Shown piece after piece: positions 7,262 through 16,030 of a stretch of 31,247 nt of DNA (position 1 is its first letter; each line of letters starts with the position of its first letter). The DNA lies in assembly GCA_034408725.1 (NCBI GenBank), contig JAWXCN010000176.1, forward strand, positions 1 to 31,247, read 5' to 3'. The notes below the pieces were generated by a model, which was given only the letters and a program-made list of their open reading frames with translations, made no database searches and was not told the DNA's origin. This stretch comes from Candidatus Hydrogenedentota bacterium. GTDB taxonomy: Bacteria > Hydrogenedentota > Hydrogenedentia > Hydrogenedentales > SLHB01. Made by a program: the position numbers and the translations under genes.

Positions 7262-9691
7262 TTATCGCATGGGCGCTTGATCGCGCGGGGCGGGGACGAA
7301 CGGGCGGTGATCGATTTCCGTGGTCATTTTGAGTCCGGCGATCATGGCCATTTCGCGGATGCGGACTTCAATTCCCTCTGGCGCGTCCGGATGGACGCGA
7401 ACAATAACGGTGGGTTTCGGCTTTGCGTCGCGGTAGGTGTCAAACTTCGCCCCGAGATCGCTCTCGGTGACAATTTTTCCTTCCGAGAATATCGCTCCAG
7501 TGTGCCCGACTGATACGCTGAGCTCATTCTCACCCTTGGCCAATCGATCACCGGTGCGGCCGAATATGCCTTTTTCCGTATGACGCATCTTATCGGTATT
7601 TTCTTCGTCGAATGCCGCGGCGCGTTCAGCTTCCGGCTGGGTGAACTCATCCACAATCGTAGGCGTTATAAATACTGCAAGCTCGCGGTCTATGTGGTCT
7701 TTGCTCGTGTTCTTGAAGAGCCGGCCAATAAAAGGAAGTTCGGCAAGGATGGGCACACGTTCGACGTCGTCTTTCACGCTCATGGCGCGTAACCCGCCGA
7801 TGACGATGGTTTGTCCATCGTTCACCAGCACCTTTGTTTGGGCCTTGTTCTGCGTTTTCTGCGGGATGGTGCTGGCAAGGCCGCCTGCGAGAATCGTCTT
7901 GTCTTCCGCGGAGCTTTCTTCCGACTCGATCTCCATGAGGATGTTGCTCTCCTCATTGATGCGCGGTTTTACTTTGAGGATTGTGCCGACCTTGATGAAC
8001 TGGACCTGGCCGGGGATGACGCGGCTCGAGACATCATTCACTGGGTCATTTCCACCATCGATGACCGTGCCGCCGAATCCGGTAAAGCCGACGCTTTGAA
8101 AGGGTTGGTCGGTCGTGTTTTCAAAGGTCGCCTCTTCCCCATCTTGTACTGTCACGCGTGGCCGGGCGAGAATGTTGAGTTCGCCGGTGCTGTCGAGGAA
8201 ATCAAGCACAACGGCTATGCGATCACCCTTGAACTCTGGATCAAGTATGTTGCGGCCTGTCAACGACCCAGCCTCCGCGCCGCCGGGGTTGCTGACCTCT
8301 TGTCGTATCGCGCCGGTGACGGGGTCGCGCAGAAATGCGCGGTATGGGTACCGGCCCCCGGAAACACGCTGGCCCGCCTCGGGCGCGGCGGTATAGTTTG
8401 GACGGTTTCCCCCGCTCTGAATCGAGAAGGGTGAACCGGCGATATCGTCGAAATACGCCCAATCGATCGAGAGGTCGCGAAGAACAGTCGTGGCGGCGGA
8501 CACGAGAAACGCTTCGATCTGGACCTGTTTGCCCTTGACGTCCCAATCCGCAATCATGGCGTCTACTTCTTCGATGCGGCTTGCAATGGCGGTCAGACTG
8601 ACCTGATGCGTATTTTCATCCGTCGTGATCACACCCGTCTCTTCCGGGATAATGTTTTCGAGCCGCTCGGACACGGCTTCGGGTTCGATATAGCGTAGTG
8701 TCCACGTTTTTGTAATGAGCGGTTTATCGAGCGCCTCGAGCATGGTGGCGATTTGATCCTGCCGCGCGGGCAGGTCCGTCACGACGATGCTGTTCGCGCG
8801 TGGATCCGCCTGGGCAAGGCCGCGCTCGGACAGGAGGCTTTGAATGGTCTCTAGCAAGTCATCCGCGGCCAAGTGTTGAAGCATGAAAACGCGGGGTTCG
8901 AGGGGAACGTCAAGCCGGTCCACGGCCTCGCTCATGGCCTTCAAATTCGCCTGCGTGTCCCACACGAGCACGCTTCCGGTGCGCGGATCGCTGATCAGCC
9001 GGCCGGTCTGCGACATCAGGCCATTGAGGACCGCCTCCATGTCCATCACATCGGCGTGCTCGATTGAAAATTCAGCTTTCTTCAGCGCGCCGTATTCGCG
9101 TTCAAGAAATTCGCCGTCGAGCATGACGTAGAGGAAGCGTGTTTCGGGCTCGAACTCATAGTGGATATTATTAAACTTCAGGATTTCCATGACCTGGCGA
9201 GGCTTAACATTGGTGACCCAGAAGCGAATCGACTTTTCTTCCACCCCCGTGGATGCGACGATGTTCCAGCCGGTAGCCGTTGCGACGGCATCGAGTACTT
9301 CAATGACGGAGACCGGCGCGTCCGAGGCGTTGAGCGTGATGGGTTCGCCTTCATCGGGGAGCGCGACCATGGGCATTGCTTCCAGCAAGATGGGCTCGAA
9401 TGCCCCTTCGCCGCCGATGGTGACCTGCCGGCGATCTCCTTGAATGGCGGTGACGCCGGTGCTTTTCCCCGGCTCCTGGGCGCGGGGAGTCGCTTGCTCC
9501 TGGGGCTGTCGCGCGCGGCTTTCTGCTTCGGCTTGCGCTGTATCCTGCATGAGTATGGCGCCCACACTCGCGTCGACCGTAGGCGCCGGCGCGGGTTGTG
9601 TTGGGCTTTGCTGGGCATTGGAAGCGAACCCGAACAGGGCGATCAGCGCGCCCACGGCAAGTATCCACGTGTATCGGGTGTATTGCACCAT
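7262..9691 (-). CDS. gspD: Type II secretion secretin (GspD-like) with C-terminal ExbD/TolR-like extension
   Basis: Signal peptide after ATG 9691 (MVQYTRYTWILAVGALIALFGFASNA); three N-domain repeats (D.RT..V.V.D); secretin core QVQIEA, RPRVTVQDGEEA, GQTIVIGGL, VPILAELPFIGRLF and FITPTIV. The ORF-track start at 9943 overlaps the upstream gene. Confidence 0.92.
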   Translation of the reverse strand: MVQYTRYTWILAVGALIALFGFASNAQQSPTQPAPAPTVDASVGAILMQDTAQAEAESRARQPQEQATPRAQEPGKSTGVTAIQGDRRQVTIGGEGAFEPILLEAMPMVALPDEGEPITLNASDAPVSVIEVLDAVATATGWNIVASTGVEEKSIRFWVTNVKPRQVMEILKFNNIHYEFEPETRFLYVMLDGEFLEREYGALKKAEFSIEHADVMDMEAVLNGLMSQTGRLISDPRTGSVLVWDTQANLKAMSEAVDRLDVPLEPRVFMLQHLAADDLLETIQSLLSERGLAQADPRANSIVVTDLPARQDQIATMLEALDKPLITKTWTLRYIEPEAVSERLENIIPEETGVITTDENTHQVSLTAIASRIEEVDAMIADWDVKGKQVQIEAFLVSAATTVLRDLSIDWAYFDDIAGSPFSIQSGGNRPNYTAAPEAGQRVSGGRYPYRAFLRDPVTGAIRQEVSNPGGAEAGSLTGRNILDPEFKGDRIAVVLDFLDSTGELNILARPRVTVQDGEEATFENTTDQPFQSVGFTGFGGTVIDGGNDPVNDVSSRVIPGQVQFIKVGTILKVKPRINEESNILMEIESEESSAEDKTILAGGLASTIPQKTQNKAQTKVLVNDGQTIVIGGLRAMSVKDDVERVPILAELPFIGRLFKNTSKDHIDRELAVFITPTIVDEFTQPEAERAAAFDEENTDKMRHTEKGIFGRTGDRLAKGENELSVSVGHTGAIFSEGKIVTESDLGAKFDTYRDAKPKPTVIVRVHPDAPEGIEVRIREMAMIAGLKMTTEIDHRPFVPAPRDQAPMR

Positions 9692-9822
9692 GTGATTCAA
9701 GCAGAACGCGCAATAATGTCGCGACTGCGTCTTCCCCTTCCCGGTTTTCCGCGGCGACCCGCCGCGCGGGTTGCATTGTCGAGAGTATAACGAAACGAAG
9801 CGCCTGTTGGTAGACAGTGCCG

Positions 9823-10305
9823 CTATTTTCGCGGCAAACGTATGCCGTGTGTTTGGCCCTGCTGCACGACGGTAAATAAAACTTCGGTATCGGTTATTTC
9901 CTGAAGGGTGCATCCCTTGATCGACTGCCCCTTCGAGAACCATTCCTTCTTGCCATCGACCCTGATCTGCACGCGGATGGTGTCACCGCTGCCCATGGTA
10001 TTGCGGGTCGGCTCGACGCCGGCGAGCATTTGCAGCAAGGCGGGCGGCGGCGCTACAACGGCCGGGGGCGGTACGAGGGGTTGCCATAGTTTGGGCCGGG
10101 CGGATACGTTTTGTTGCCACTGTTCAAATTCGGCGCCCGCGTTGAAATCCAGGTTGAGTTCTTCCGGCGAGGCTTCGGCAATGCGCTGGTCAAACTGTTG
10201 GCGTTTGGCTTTTACGGGGTTGCGCACGAGCCCCGCGACAAACAATACGACGCACAGGGCAAGGACGCCCCAGGCGATTGCGTATGCAGCGCGCTGAACA
10301 ATCAT
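9823..10305 (-). CDS. GspC/PilP-like assembly protein (TM, Pro-rich linker, HR-like beta domain, no PDZ)
   Basis: N-terminal TM, PPPAVVAPPP linker, VDGKKEWFSKGQSIKGCTLQEITDTEVLF; lies directly before the secretin. Confidence 0.65.
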   Translation of the reverse strand: MIVQRAAYAIAWGVLALCVVLFVAGLVRNPVKAKRQQFDQRIAEASPEELNLDFNAGAEFEQWQQNVSARPKLWQPLVPPPAVVAPPPALLQMLAGVEPTRNTMGSGDTIRVQIRVDGKKEWFSKGQSIKGCTLQEITDTEVLFTVVQQGQTHGIRLPRK

Positions 10306-11393
10306 TTTTGGTACTCCCGCAACATGACGTTGTCGATGGTGAGGATTGTCCCGGATTGCTCGAGCACGATGGAAGGAACACGCATGGCTACAGGCGCGCC
10401 GTCCACGCCTGGTACCGTAAATACGAACCGGTACCGGAACGGGCCAATGCCTGGTTCGACGTGCGATTCACCGGGTATTGATGCCCCGTCCGCTTCCAGG
10501 ATAACTCGGACCGAGAATGCGCCGGTCGCGCTCGCATCAAATAGCAATTCATAGGTTGCTCCGGCTATCAATTGTTGCGCCTGGTAGAGTTCGGCGGGCG
10601 CGCCTGTCGCCGTAACCACCAGTGCAGCAGTACCGTCGGTTGCGTCGGGACCGGTTGCTAGCGAAGCGTTTTGCGCGGACCAATCCTGCGCGAGCGATTG
10701 CTGTGCGTCAAATTGCTCGAAGCTTGCGTTACGCGCGAGATTCGTTGACGTATCGGGCGGCAGCGGCGCAGACGCGCTGCTGGCTTCGCCTGTTGCATCG
10801 TCGATCACCGTGCGGGTGACGTGAAACTCCGCGCTGACCGCGGCTGTCAGGGGTTGCCGGACCAGTTCCAAAAAGTCGACGCGCAACGCCTGCGCGCTCT
10901 GCTGCAAGCGTTGAAGAAACTCCGCGATGTTCAGGATCGAGGTGGGTTCGGTCCTGAAATTGATCTGGTAGCTGCGGTAGCCATCTCCACTGTCGTCGAG
11001 CGCGCCGGCAGGCATCGCGCGAATCTCGACGAGGCTATCCCCGGGATTGGACGCTGTCGGCAGCGGCGCGCCTTCCTGTGGAATCTGGCGCAAGGACAAA
11101 CGAGTTATTTCAAAGCGCAACCGATCATGTATCTCTTGCTGGGTCCACTGGCTTGAGTGCTGCGACGCCATGGATTGAAACGCGCGCTCGACCGGTTCCG
11201 CAAGGGCCGCCTGATTGGTGTATTGAAGGAGAAGTTGTTCCTGGCTCTCGATTGAAGCATCGAGGGACGCGAGGGCGTCCAGGCAACGCAGCGTGACCAC
11301 AAACGCAAGCCCAACGGCCAGTAGAAAAAGGACAATGAAGGCGAGGCGCCGCTCGGATGGCGAAAGTTTTGCAATTGCGTTCGAGAGCGCCAT
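10302..11393 (-). CDS. GspM/PilO-like platform protein with C-terminal CBM4/9-like domain
   Basis: LSPSERR-TM N-terminus typical of GspM; coiled coil; ferredoxin-like FLQRLQQS...LRVDFLEL; tail NLARNASFE...TIDNVML. Confidence 0.7.
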   Translation of the reverse strand: MALSNAIAKLSPSERRLAFIVLFLLAVGLAFVVTLRCLDALASLDASIESQEQLLLQYTNQAALAEPVERAFQSMASQHSSQWTQQEIHDRLRFEITRLSLRQIPQEGAPLPTASNPGDSLVEIRAMPAGALDDSGDGYRSYQINFRTEPTSILNIAEFLQRLQQSAQALRVDFLELVRQPLTAAVSAEFHVTRTVIDDATGEASSASAPLPPDTSTNLARNASFEQFDAQQSLAQDWSAQNASLATGPDATDGTAALVVTATGAPAELYQAQQLIAGATYELLFDASATGAFSVRVILEADGASIPGESHVEPGIGPFRYRFVFTVPGVDGAPVAMRVPSIVLEQSGTILTIDNVMLREYQK

Positions 11394-11395
11394 TG

Positions 11396-12883
11396 CTACT
11401 CGCTAGTATCGCCGGCAGTGGCGTCTTGAGGTGCTTCTTCGGCCAGGGGCACAATTATTTCGAACTGATAAACCGACTGGTTCTGTTCCATTTCCTCGCG
11501 CGTATCGCCGCCCTGTGCGCGAGCAAATTGTGGAACTTCGCCCCGTCGCCCGGAACTGCGGAGTGCGTCAGCGAGTTCATACGCCAAGCCGGGAGACTCA
11601 GCGCGGCACTGGATTGTGAGCGTGTCGTTGTGACTGAAAGTAAAGCGCAATACGTTCACGCCGGAGCGTGGAATGAGCTCACTCAGTTTTGCAAGCATTT
11701 CCAGCGCGCTGCCGCGCCGATCCAGATGCTGTTGAAGCCGCACAAGTTGTCCGCGTTTGGTTTCGACACTTTCCGCGATGGACTCGAGCACGCCGATACG
11801 GGACGCGAGTTCTTTCGCATACGTGGCACGCTGGTAGTACGCTTGCGCGAACACGGCGACAGCGCTTATCAATATTGCCGCGGCCAACCCACCGGCGGTG
11901 AACGCGGTTTTACGGAAGCTCGACGCGCGCCGGGCATCCACCAGTGATCGCGGCACGAGGCTGAGCGAGAGCGATGCACGGTCCTGCGCGGCAAGCGCGG
12001 CGCCAGTCGCCACCAACGGTATACCGGGTGTTGGCGCGGCGCCATGCTCGAACAGTGATCGCGCAAACGCGGCGGGCTGGCATTCGTGGCCGGTAATCTG
12101 GGTCAAAGCATCCGCGGCCGCGGCGCAATCCGCATACTCCGAGCAGACATACACGATATCGACCGCCTCGCCGTCTTCGCTATCACGCCGGTATGCGGCA
12201 AGTGACGCGCGCACTTCGGCGGCAAGTTCTTGTGCTTCCGGTGAATCGGCATCGGAGATATTCCGCCAATCCTGTGCGGACGCGACGCCACGGCCATACA
12301 GGAGTTTGCCCTGTTGCAGCACGAGCACTTCCAGTCCGCCAGCGCCGAGATTCACGAGGGCGGCGCGTTCGCCGGGAAGCTGGGCAGCCTGCGCTGCCGC
12401 GGCCAGGCAGGCGGTGCTGACATAGATATGGTCCGGTTCAATTCCGCATGCGCGAAGCATATCGACGTGGTCTTCCACGACGTCGCGGTGCGCGAACACC
12501 GCCAATACCGTTGACGAGCCGTCCTGGGTTTTGCGGAGAATGGATTGATCGATCACGACTTCATGCGCGGGGTATGGAACAAATTCCTCCGCGCTCAGCC
12601 GCACCATGCTATCGACTTCGACCGCGCTGTGCGTTGGCAGTGACAGAATTCTTGCGGTCATATCGTGGCGAGGAAGGACCGTACACACGTTGTCGTCCGC
12701 GACTTTATGCTGCTTTACAAACGCTCTGACGGCGTCCGTGAGCGCGCCATCCGAAGCCGGCCAGTTTCCATGCTGGACGTCATACGCGGATACGTCAACG
12801 CCTTTTGGCGAGCGCTTCACGCGTAACCGTGTAATCAGGCGTTCATCGAACTGAAGAATGCTGGTATATGCTTTATGGGCCAA
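11396..12883 (-). CDS. GspL-like protein (PilM-like actin fold, TM, PilN-like periplasmic domain)
   Basis: EEFVPYP.EVVID, LAVFAHRDVVE and ALVNLGAG motifs; LSLVP then TM and coiled coil. Likely TTG start at 12883 with GGAAGG SD, overlapping the gspK stop. Confidence 0.8.
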   Translation of the reverse strand: MAHKAYTSILQFDERLITRLRVKRSPKGVDVSAYDVQHGNWPASDGALTDAVRAFVKQHKVADDNVCTVLPRHDMTARILSLPTHSAVEVDSMVRLSAEEFVPYPAHEVVIDQSILRKTQDGSSTVLAVFAHRDVVEDHVDMLRACGIEPDHIYVSTACLAAAAQAAQLPGERAALVNLGAGGLEVLVLQQGKLLYGRGVASAQDWRNISDADSPEAQELAAEVRASLAAYRRDSEDGEAVDIVYVCSEYADCAAAADALTQITGHECQPAAFARSLFEHGAAPTPGIPLVATGAALAAQDRASLSLSLVPRSLVDARRASSFRKTAFTAGGLAAAILISAVAVFAQAYYQRATYAKELASRIGVLESIAESVETKRGQLVRLQQHLDRRGSALEMLAKLSELIPRSGVNVLRFTFSHNDTLTIQCRAESPGLAYELADALRSSGRRGEVPQFARAQGGDTREEMEQNQSVYQFEIIVPLAEEAPQDATAGDTSE

Positions 12884-13853
12884 GTTCGCCTTCCGACCAC
12901 GAGAGTATCGCGGCGTTTCCCGGTTGCAGATGAACGACCGCCTTCGCCGCCGCGCGCACTTTGCCTTGCCGTTTCGCGGCAAAGCCCGTGATTGTAAAAA
13001 ACTGTGATTGGAGCGTGCAATATTGCGCAACGGGGGCAAGGTCCGTTGGGTCTACACCGAGCGCGGCGGGAATCGATTCCAGGTTCCGGAATGACCGGTC
13101 GTCGCTGGTATTGAGCTTGTTGTCGTCCCCTTCACGGTAGGCAATGATCGCGTCCACGACATCATCGTCAAGGTCGGGGACGGCAAGCAGTACGTCGCGC
13201 GGCGCGCTATTGAGATTGATGCGGCCTTCGCCATAGATGGTGAACAATTCGCGAAGACCGGGTTTCCCGTCGCTTCCCTCCCAGTCATCTTCATCAACGC
13301 CTTCGAGAAAACGTCCTTCCTCCACGGAGAGAAACTGATGTCGCTCTTCCGGCGTAAGTTCGCCGCCGCGATACCGCATGATGGCGGAAACCGTCGAGAA
13401 ACTCAGCCCTTCGATTTCGTCGAGAAGTTCTTCGGTTGCGGTATTTAGCGAGATGCGGGCCTCGGCGTCTGACACACTGTACCCGATGGTATTGGCCGAG
13501 TCGTTGGAGGAAGGGGTGAATATCTCCGATTGGTCTGAAAGCGAGACGATCCTTTTACCGCCGCGCGCCGGATCCACCGAGTCGGCCCGGAATGACGTAG
13601 GAATACCTTGCGCGGCGGCCTGTTCCCTGGCCTGAAGCAATATTGCTTCAGTCACCGCCTTGTTCCGCATATCGGCCACGGCATACTGCACTGCGCCGCG
13701 CGCAAGGAATTGCGTCTGCGCATGGTCCAGCGCGAGCGCCGCCGCGCGCTGGTCCAACAATGCCCGATTCGCAAGCCCCAACGTGAGCACCGTAAGAATT
13801 GCAATGATCCATATGATGGCGACAAGGATGAACCCTTCTTCGTTATGTTTCAT
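12873..13853 (-). CDS. gspK: Minor pseudopilin GspK
   Basis: G|FILVAIIW prepilin N-terminus lacking E5; duplicated RISLNTA/RINLNSA modules; SQFFTI. Confidence 0.88.
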   Translation of the reverse strand: MKHNEEGFILVAIIWIIAILTVLTLGLANRALLDQRAAALALDHAQTQFLARGAVQYAVADMRNKAVTEAILLQAREQAAAQGIPTSFRADSVDPARGGKRIVSLSDQSEIFTPSSNDSANTIGYSVSDAEARISLNTATEELLDEIEGLSFSTVSAIMRYRGGELTPEERHQFLSVEEGRFLEGVDEDDWEGSDGKPGLRELFTIYGEGRINLNSAPRDVLLAVPDLDDDVVDAIIAYREGDDNKLNTSDDRSFRNLESIPAALGVDPTDLAPVAQYCTLQSQFFTITGFAAKRQGKVRAAAKAVVHLQPGNAAILSWSEGELGP

Positions 13854-14641
13854 TGGACAACATACTCCTCGGCGTCAAGGGAGGTCTCTTTCAACCGCGT
13901 CGTTGGACCATGCATCACGGCATAGGTGGTGAACGCGGCTTCCCCTTTCTCCGAGTTTGGATCGATCAGAGTGAGATTGATTTTGATTGCCTGCGGAATG
14001 CCGGTACCTTCTTCGTGATCACTGCGAATGATTATTTTTGCAGGGACCAAATTCGCGATACCGGACCCAGGAATATCAAACGCGGCCTGGACGGGATCGC
14101 TCAGGAACTGTGCACCTGCGATCTGCTCTTTCCAATAATACTGGAGTTCAAAATCCTCGACGCCCGCGGCCAACTCGAACTGGGATTCGCTGCCATGCTT
14201 GATGATGGTGCTGTCGATTTCGCCGCCATCTGGAGGTTTCGAAGGAAGCGGACTTTCGACTGTCCGTTCTTCGCGAATGAGCAGCTTGCCTTCCCCGTCT
14301 GGATCAGACTTGGTGCGGTACCTGATCCACAACACACGCGGGGCCGAACCATCTTCGACGTCCATCGGGCGCGTGACGGCATAGAACTCGAACTCGTCGT
14401 TCGTGCCCACAAACAAATGCGATGCGCCGGGCACCATGTTCTGAAGTTCGCGGGACAGGATGTCCAGAGCAGTCCTGGCGTCCTGGTAGGTTTGCGTGTT
14501 CGATTCGCCCTTCTTCCAGATGTTAATCGACGACGAAAACGCCGTGTACACGGAGCCGAGGATCACGGCGAGTATCGTACTCGCGACGAGCAACTCGGCG
14601 AGGGTAAAACCATCGTTATGCCGCGGGTTGTGCGGGGACAT
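13850..14641 (-). CDS. Minor pseudopilin GspJ-like
   Basis: G|FTLAELLVA N-methylation motif, LSREL and IPQAIKINL; position in the cluster. Confidence 0.82.
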   Translation of the reverse strand: MSPHNPRHNDGFTLAELLVASTILAVILGSVYTAFSSSINIWKKGESNTQTYQDARTALDILSRELQNMVPGASHLFVGTNDEFEFYAVTRPMDVEDGSAPRVLWIRYRTKSDPDGEGKLLIREERTVESPLPSKPPDGGEIDSTIIKHGSESQFELAAGVEDFELQYYWKEQIAGAQFLSDPVQAAFDIPGSGIANLVPAKIIIRSDHEEGTGIPQAIKINLTLIDPNSEKGEAAFTTYAVMHGPTTRLKETSLDAEEYVVQ

Positions 14642-15101
14642 CCGGCGGCTCCTTTACAAGCAGGCGCTTCGAGGACAACAAGGATTCTGCGGTTGCGCTA
14701 TAGTTGCGGCCCGCGCGCGTCCACGAAATCGTTACAGAAATCCTGCCAAGATAGGGTTCGGGCAATTCCGGCAAATCGATGACGAATGGCTGCAATTCCA
14801 CGGGAATTACCGGTTCCGGAAGATCGACGCGCGCAACCGACCACGCATACGAAAAGCGCTGTTGCTTCTCCCCAAAATCTCCGGCGGAAGACGCGCCTTC
14901 CAGATGCCCGGTCTGAATTTCGAGCTCGCCCATCTTCTCTTCGAGCAGAAAGCGGGCAGTGGTGTAGTCACGCGCGATTGCGCGGGTTGCAAGGGTTTCG
15001 CGCAGGGCACGGTTAATTGCGAGCACACCGATGCTCAGCAGCACCAGCGCCACGAGAGTTTCCATGAGGACCCAGCCTTCTTTGCGCGAGCGCCGCATCA
15101 T
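14616..15101 (-). CDS. Minor pseudopilin GspI-like
   Basis: G|WVLMETLVAL prepilin motif, GDFG...FSYAW and ISVTISW. Confidence 0.8.
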   Translation of the reverse strand: MMRRSRKEGWVLMETLVALVLLSIGVLAINRALRETLATRAIARDYTTARFLLEEKMGELEIQTGHLEGASSAGDFGEKQQRFSYAWSVARVDLPEPVIPVELQPFVIDLPELPEPYLGRISVTISWTRAGRNYSATAESLLSSKRLLVKEPPDVPAQPAA

Positions 15102-15604
15102 TCAGTCTCGACTTCCAACTGACCCAGACGGCCTTTAGTGCTGATCTTCGTCGAGGTGCGTTTATCAAGCGCGATGATAACGGTTGCATAATCGCACGCG
15201 CCGCCCGGATAGAACGCGACGAAGTAAGCGTCGCGATCGCGGTCCATCGCCGCCTTGGGTTTCTCGAATTCCATTTCTCGTGGCAGTACCCCGCGCGTGG
15301 CGCCTGCGTCGTCTACTTCCAGAAAAGTTTTTTTGCCGTCTTCCGCCGTCTCGGCTTCGCGCATGAGCCAAAATGCGCCGGTATCGCGGTTCAAATAAAA
15401 CCGGTACTCCGCGACATCTGTAATAGCGCGTTCCTGGGCATATTTCATGCGCGCGAGCACGTCGCGGGTCGCGCGGTCTTTACGCGCCCAACTCACCGAA
15501 CCGGAATACATGGGCACGACCACGGCCGTCATGATCATGATGATGCTCAAAACCACGATAAGTTCGAGGAGCGTAAACCCCGTGTTTTGTTTCGCGGCAT
15601 GCAC
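15098..15604 (-). CDS. Minor pseudopilin GspH/FimT-like
   Basis: G|FTLLELIVVL, YAQERAI and VAFYPGG. Confidence 0.85.
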   Translation of the reverse strand: MHAAKQNTGFTLLELIVVLSIIMIMTAVVVPMYSGSVSWARKDRATRDVLARMKYAQERAITDVAEYRFYLNRDTGAFWLMREAETAEDGKKTFLEVDDAGATRGVLPREMEFEKPKAAMDRDRDAYFVAFYPGGACDYATVIIALDKRTSTKISTKGRLGQLEVETE

Positions 15605-15607
15605 GCG

Positions 15608-16000
15608 TTAGGTCTCGTTTGTGTCCCAAACGGAAATATCGTCTTCGGTGTTGGCGATCTCATCCGCGCCCGTCGAGTACAGATCGTATTTGTTCTTTTT
15701 GCCCGGATACGCGTACACGTAGGCATTGCCCCAGCCGTCGGGTTTGATCTGTTGAATGTAACTGCGGCCTTTCTTGTCGACGATAGAAAGGTCGTTGAGG
15801 GACTTTGGATACTTGTCTTCATGTTCGAGCGCATACGCCTCGACGGCGTTTCGATACACCGAAAGGTCGGACTGTGCCTTGATCTCGCGCGCCTGGTTGC
15901 CGCGGCCAGCAACCGCGAACGCGACCATACCCGCAAGTATGCCCATGATCACCATGACCAGAATCAATTCGATCAGGGAGAACCCGCTGTTTTCCCGCAT
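15608..16000 (-). CDS. gspG: Major pseudopilin GspG
   Basis: G|FSLIELILVM, PDGWGNAYVY..PG and YDLYSTGAD...TEDDI; GAGGAGG SD. Confidence 0.92.
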   Translation of the reverse strand: MRENSGFSLIELILVMVIMGILAGMVAFAVAGRGNQAREIKAQSDLSVYRNAVEAYALEHEDKYPKSLNDLSIVDKKGRSYIQQIKPDGWGNAYVYAYPGKKNKYDLYSTGADEIANTEDDISVWDTNET

Positions 16001-16030
16001 GAAACTATCCTCCTCGTTGTACGCCGGGCG

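Noticed and set aside
9692-9943. 84-aa N-terminal extension of the secretin ORF
   Set aside because: It overlaps the upstream gene, and the signal peptide begins at ATG 9691.
12884-13039. 52-aa N-terminal extension of the GspL-like ORF
   Set aside because: It lies inside gspK, and a TTG with an SD exists at 12883.
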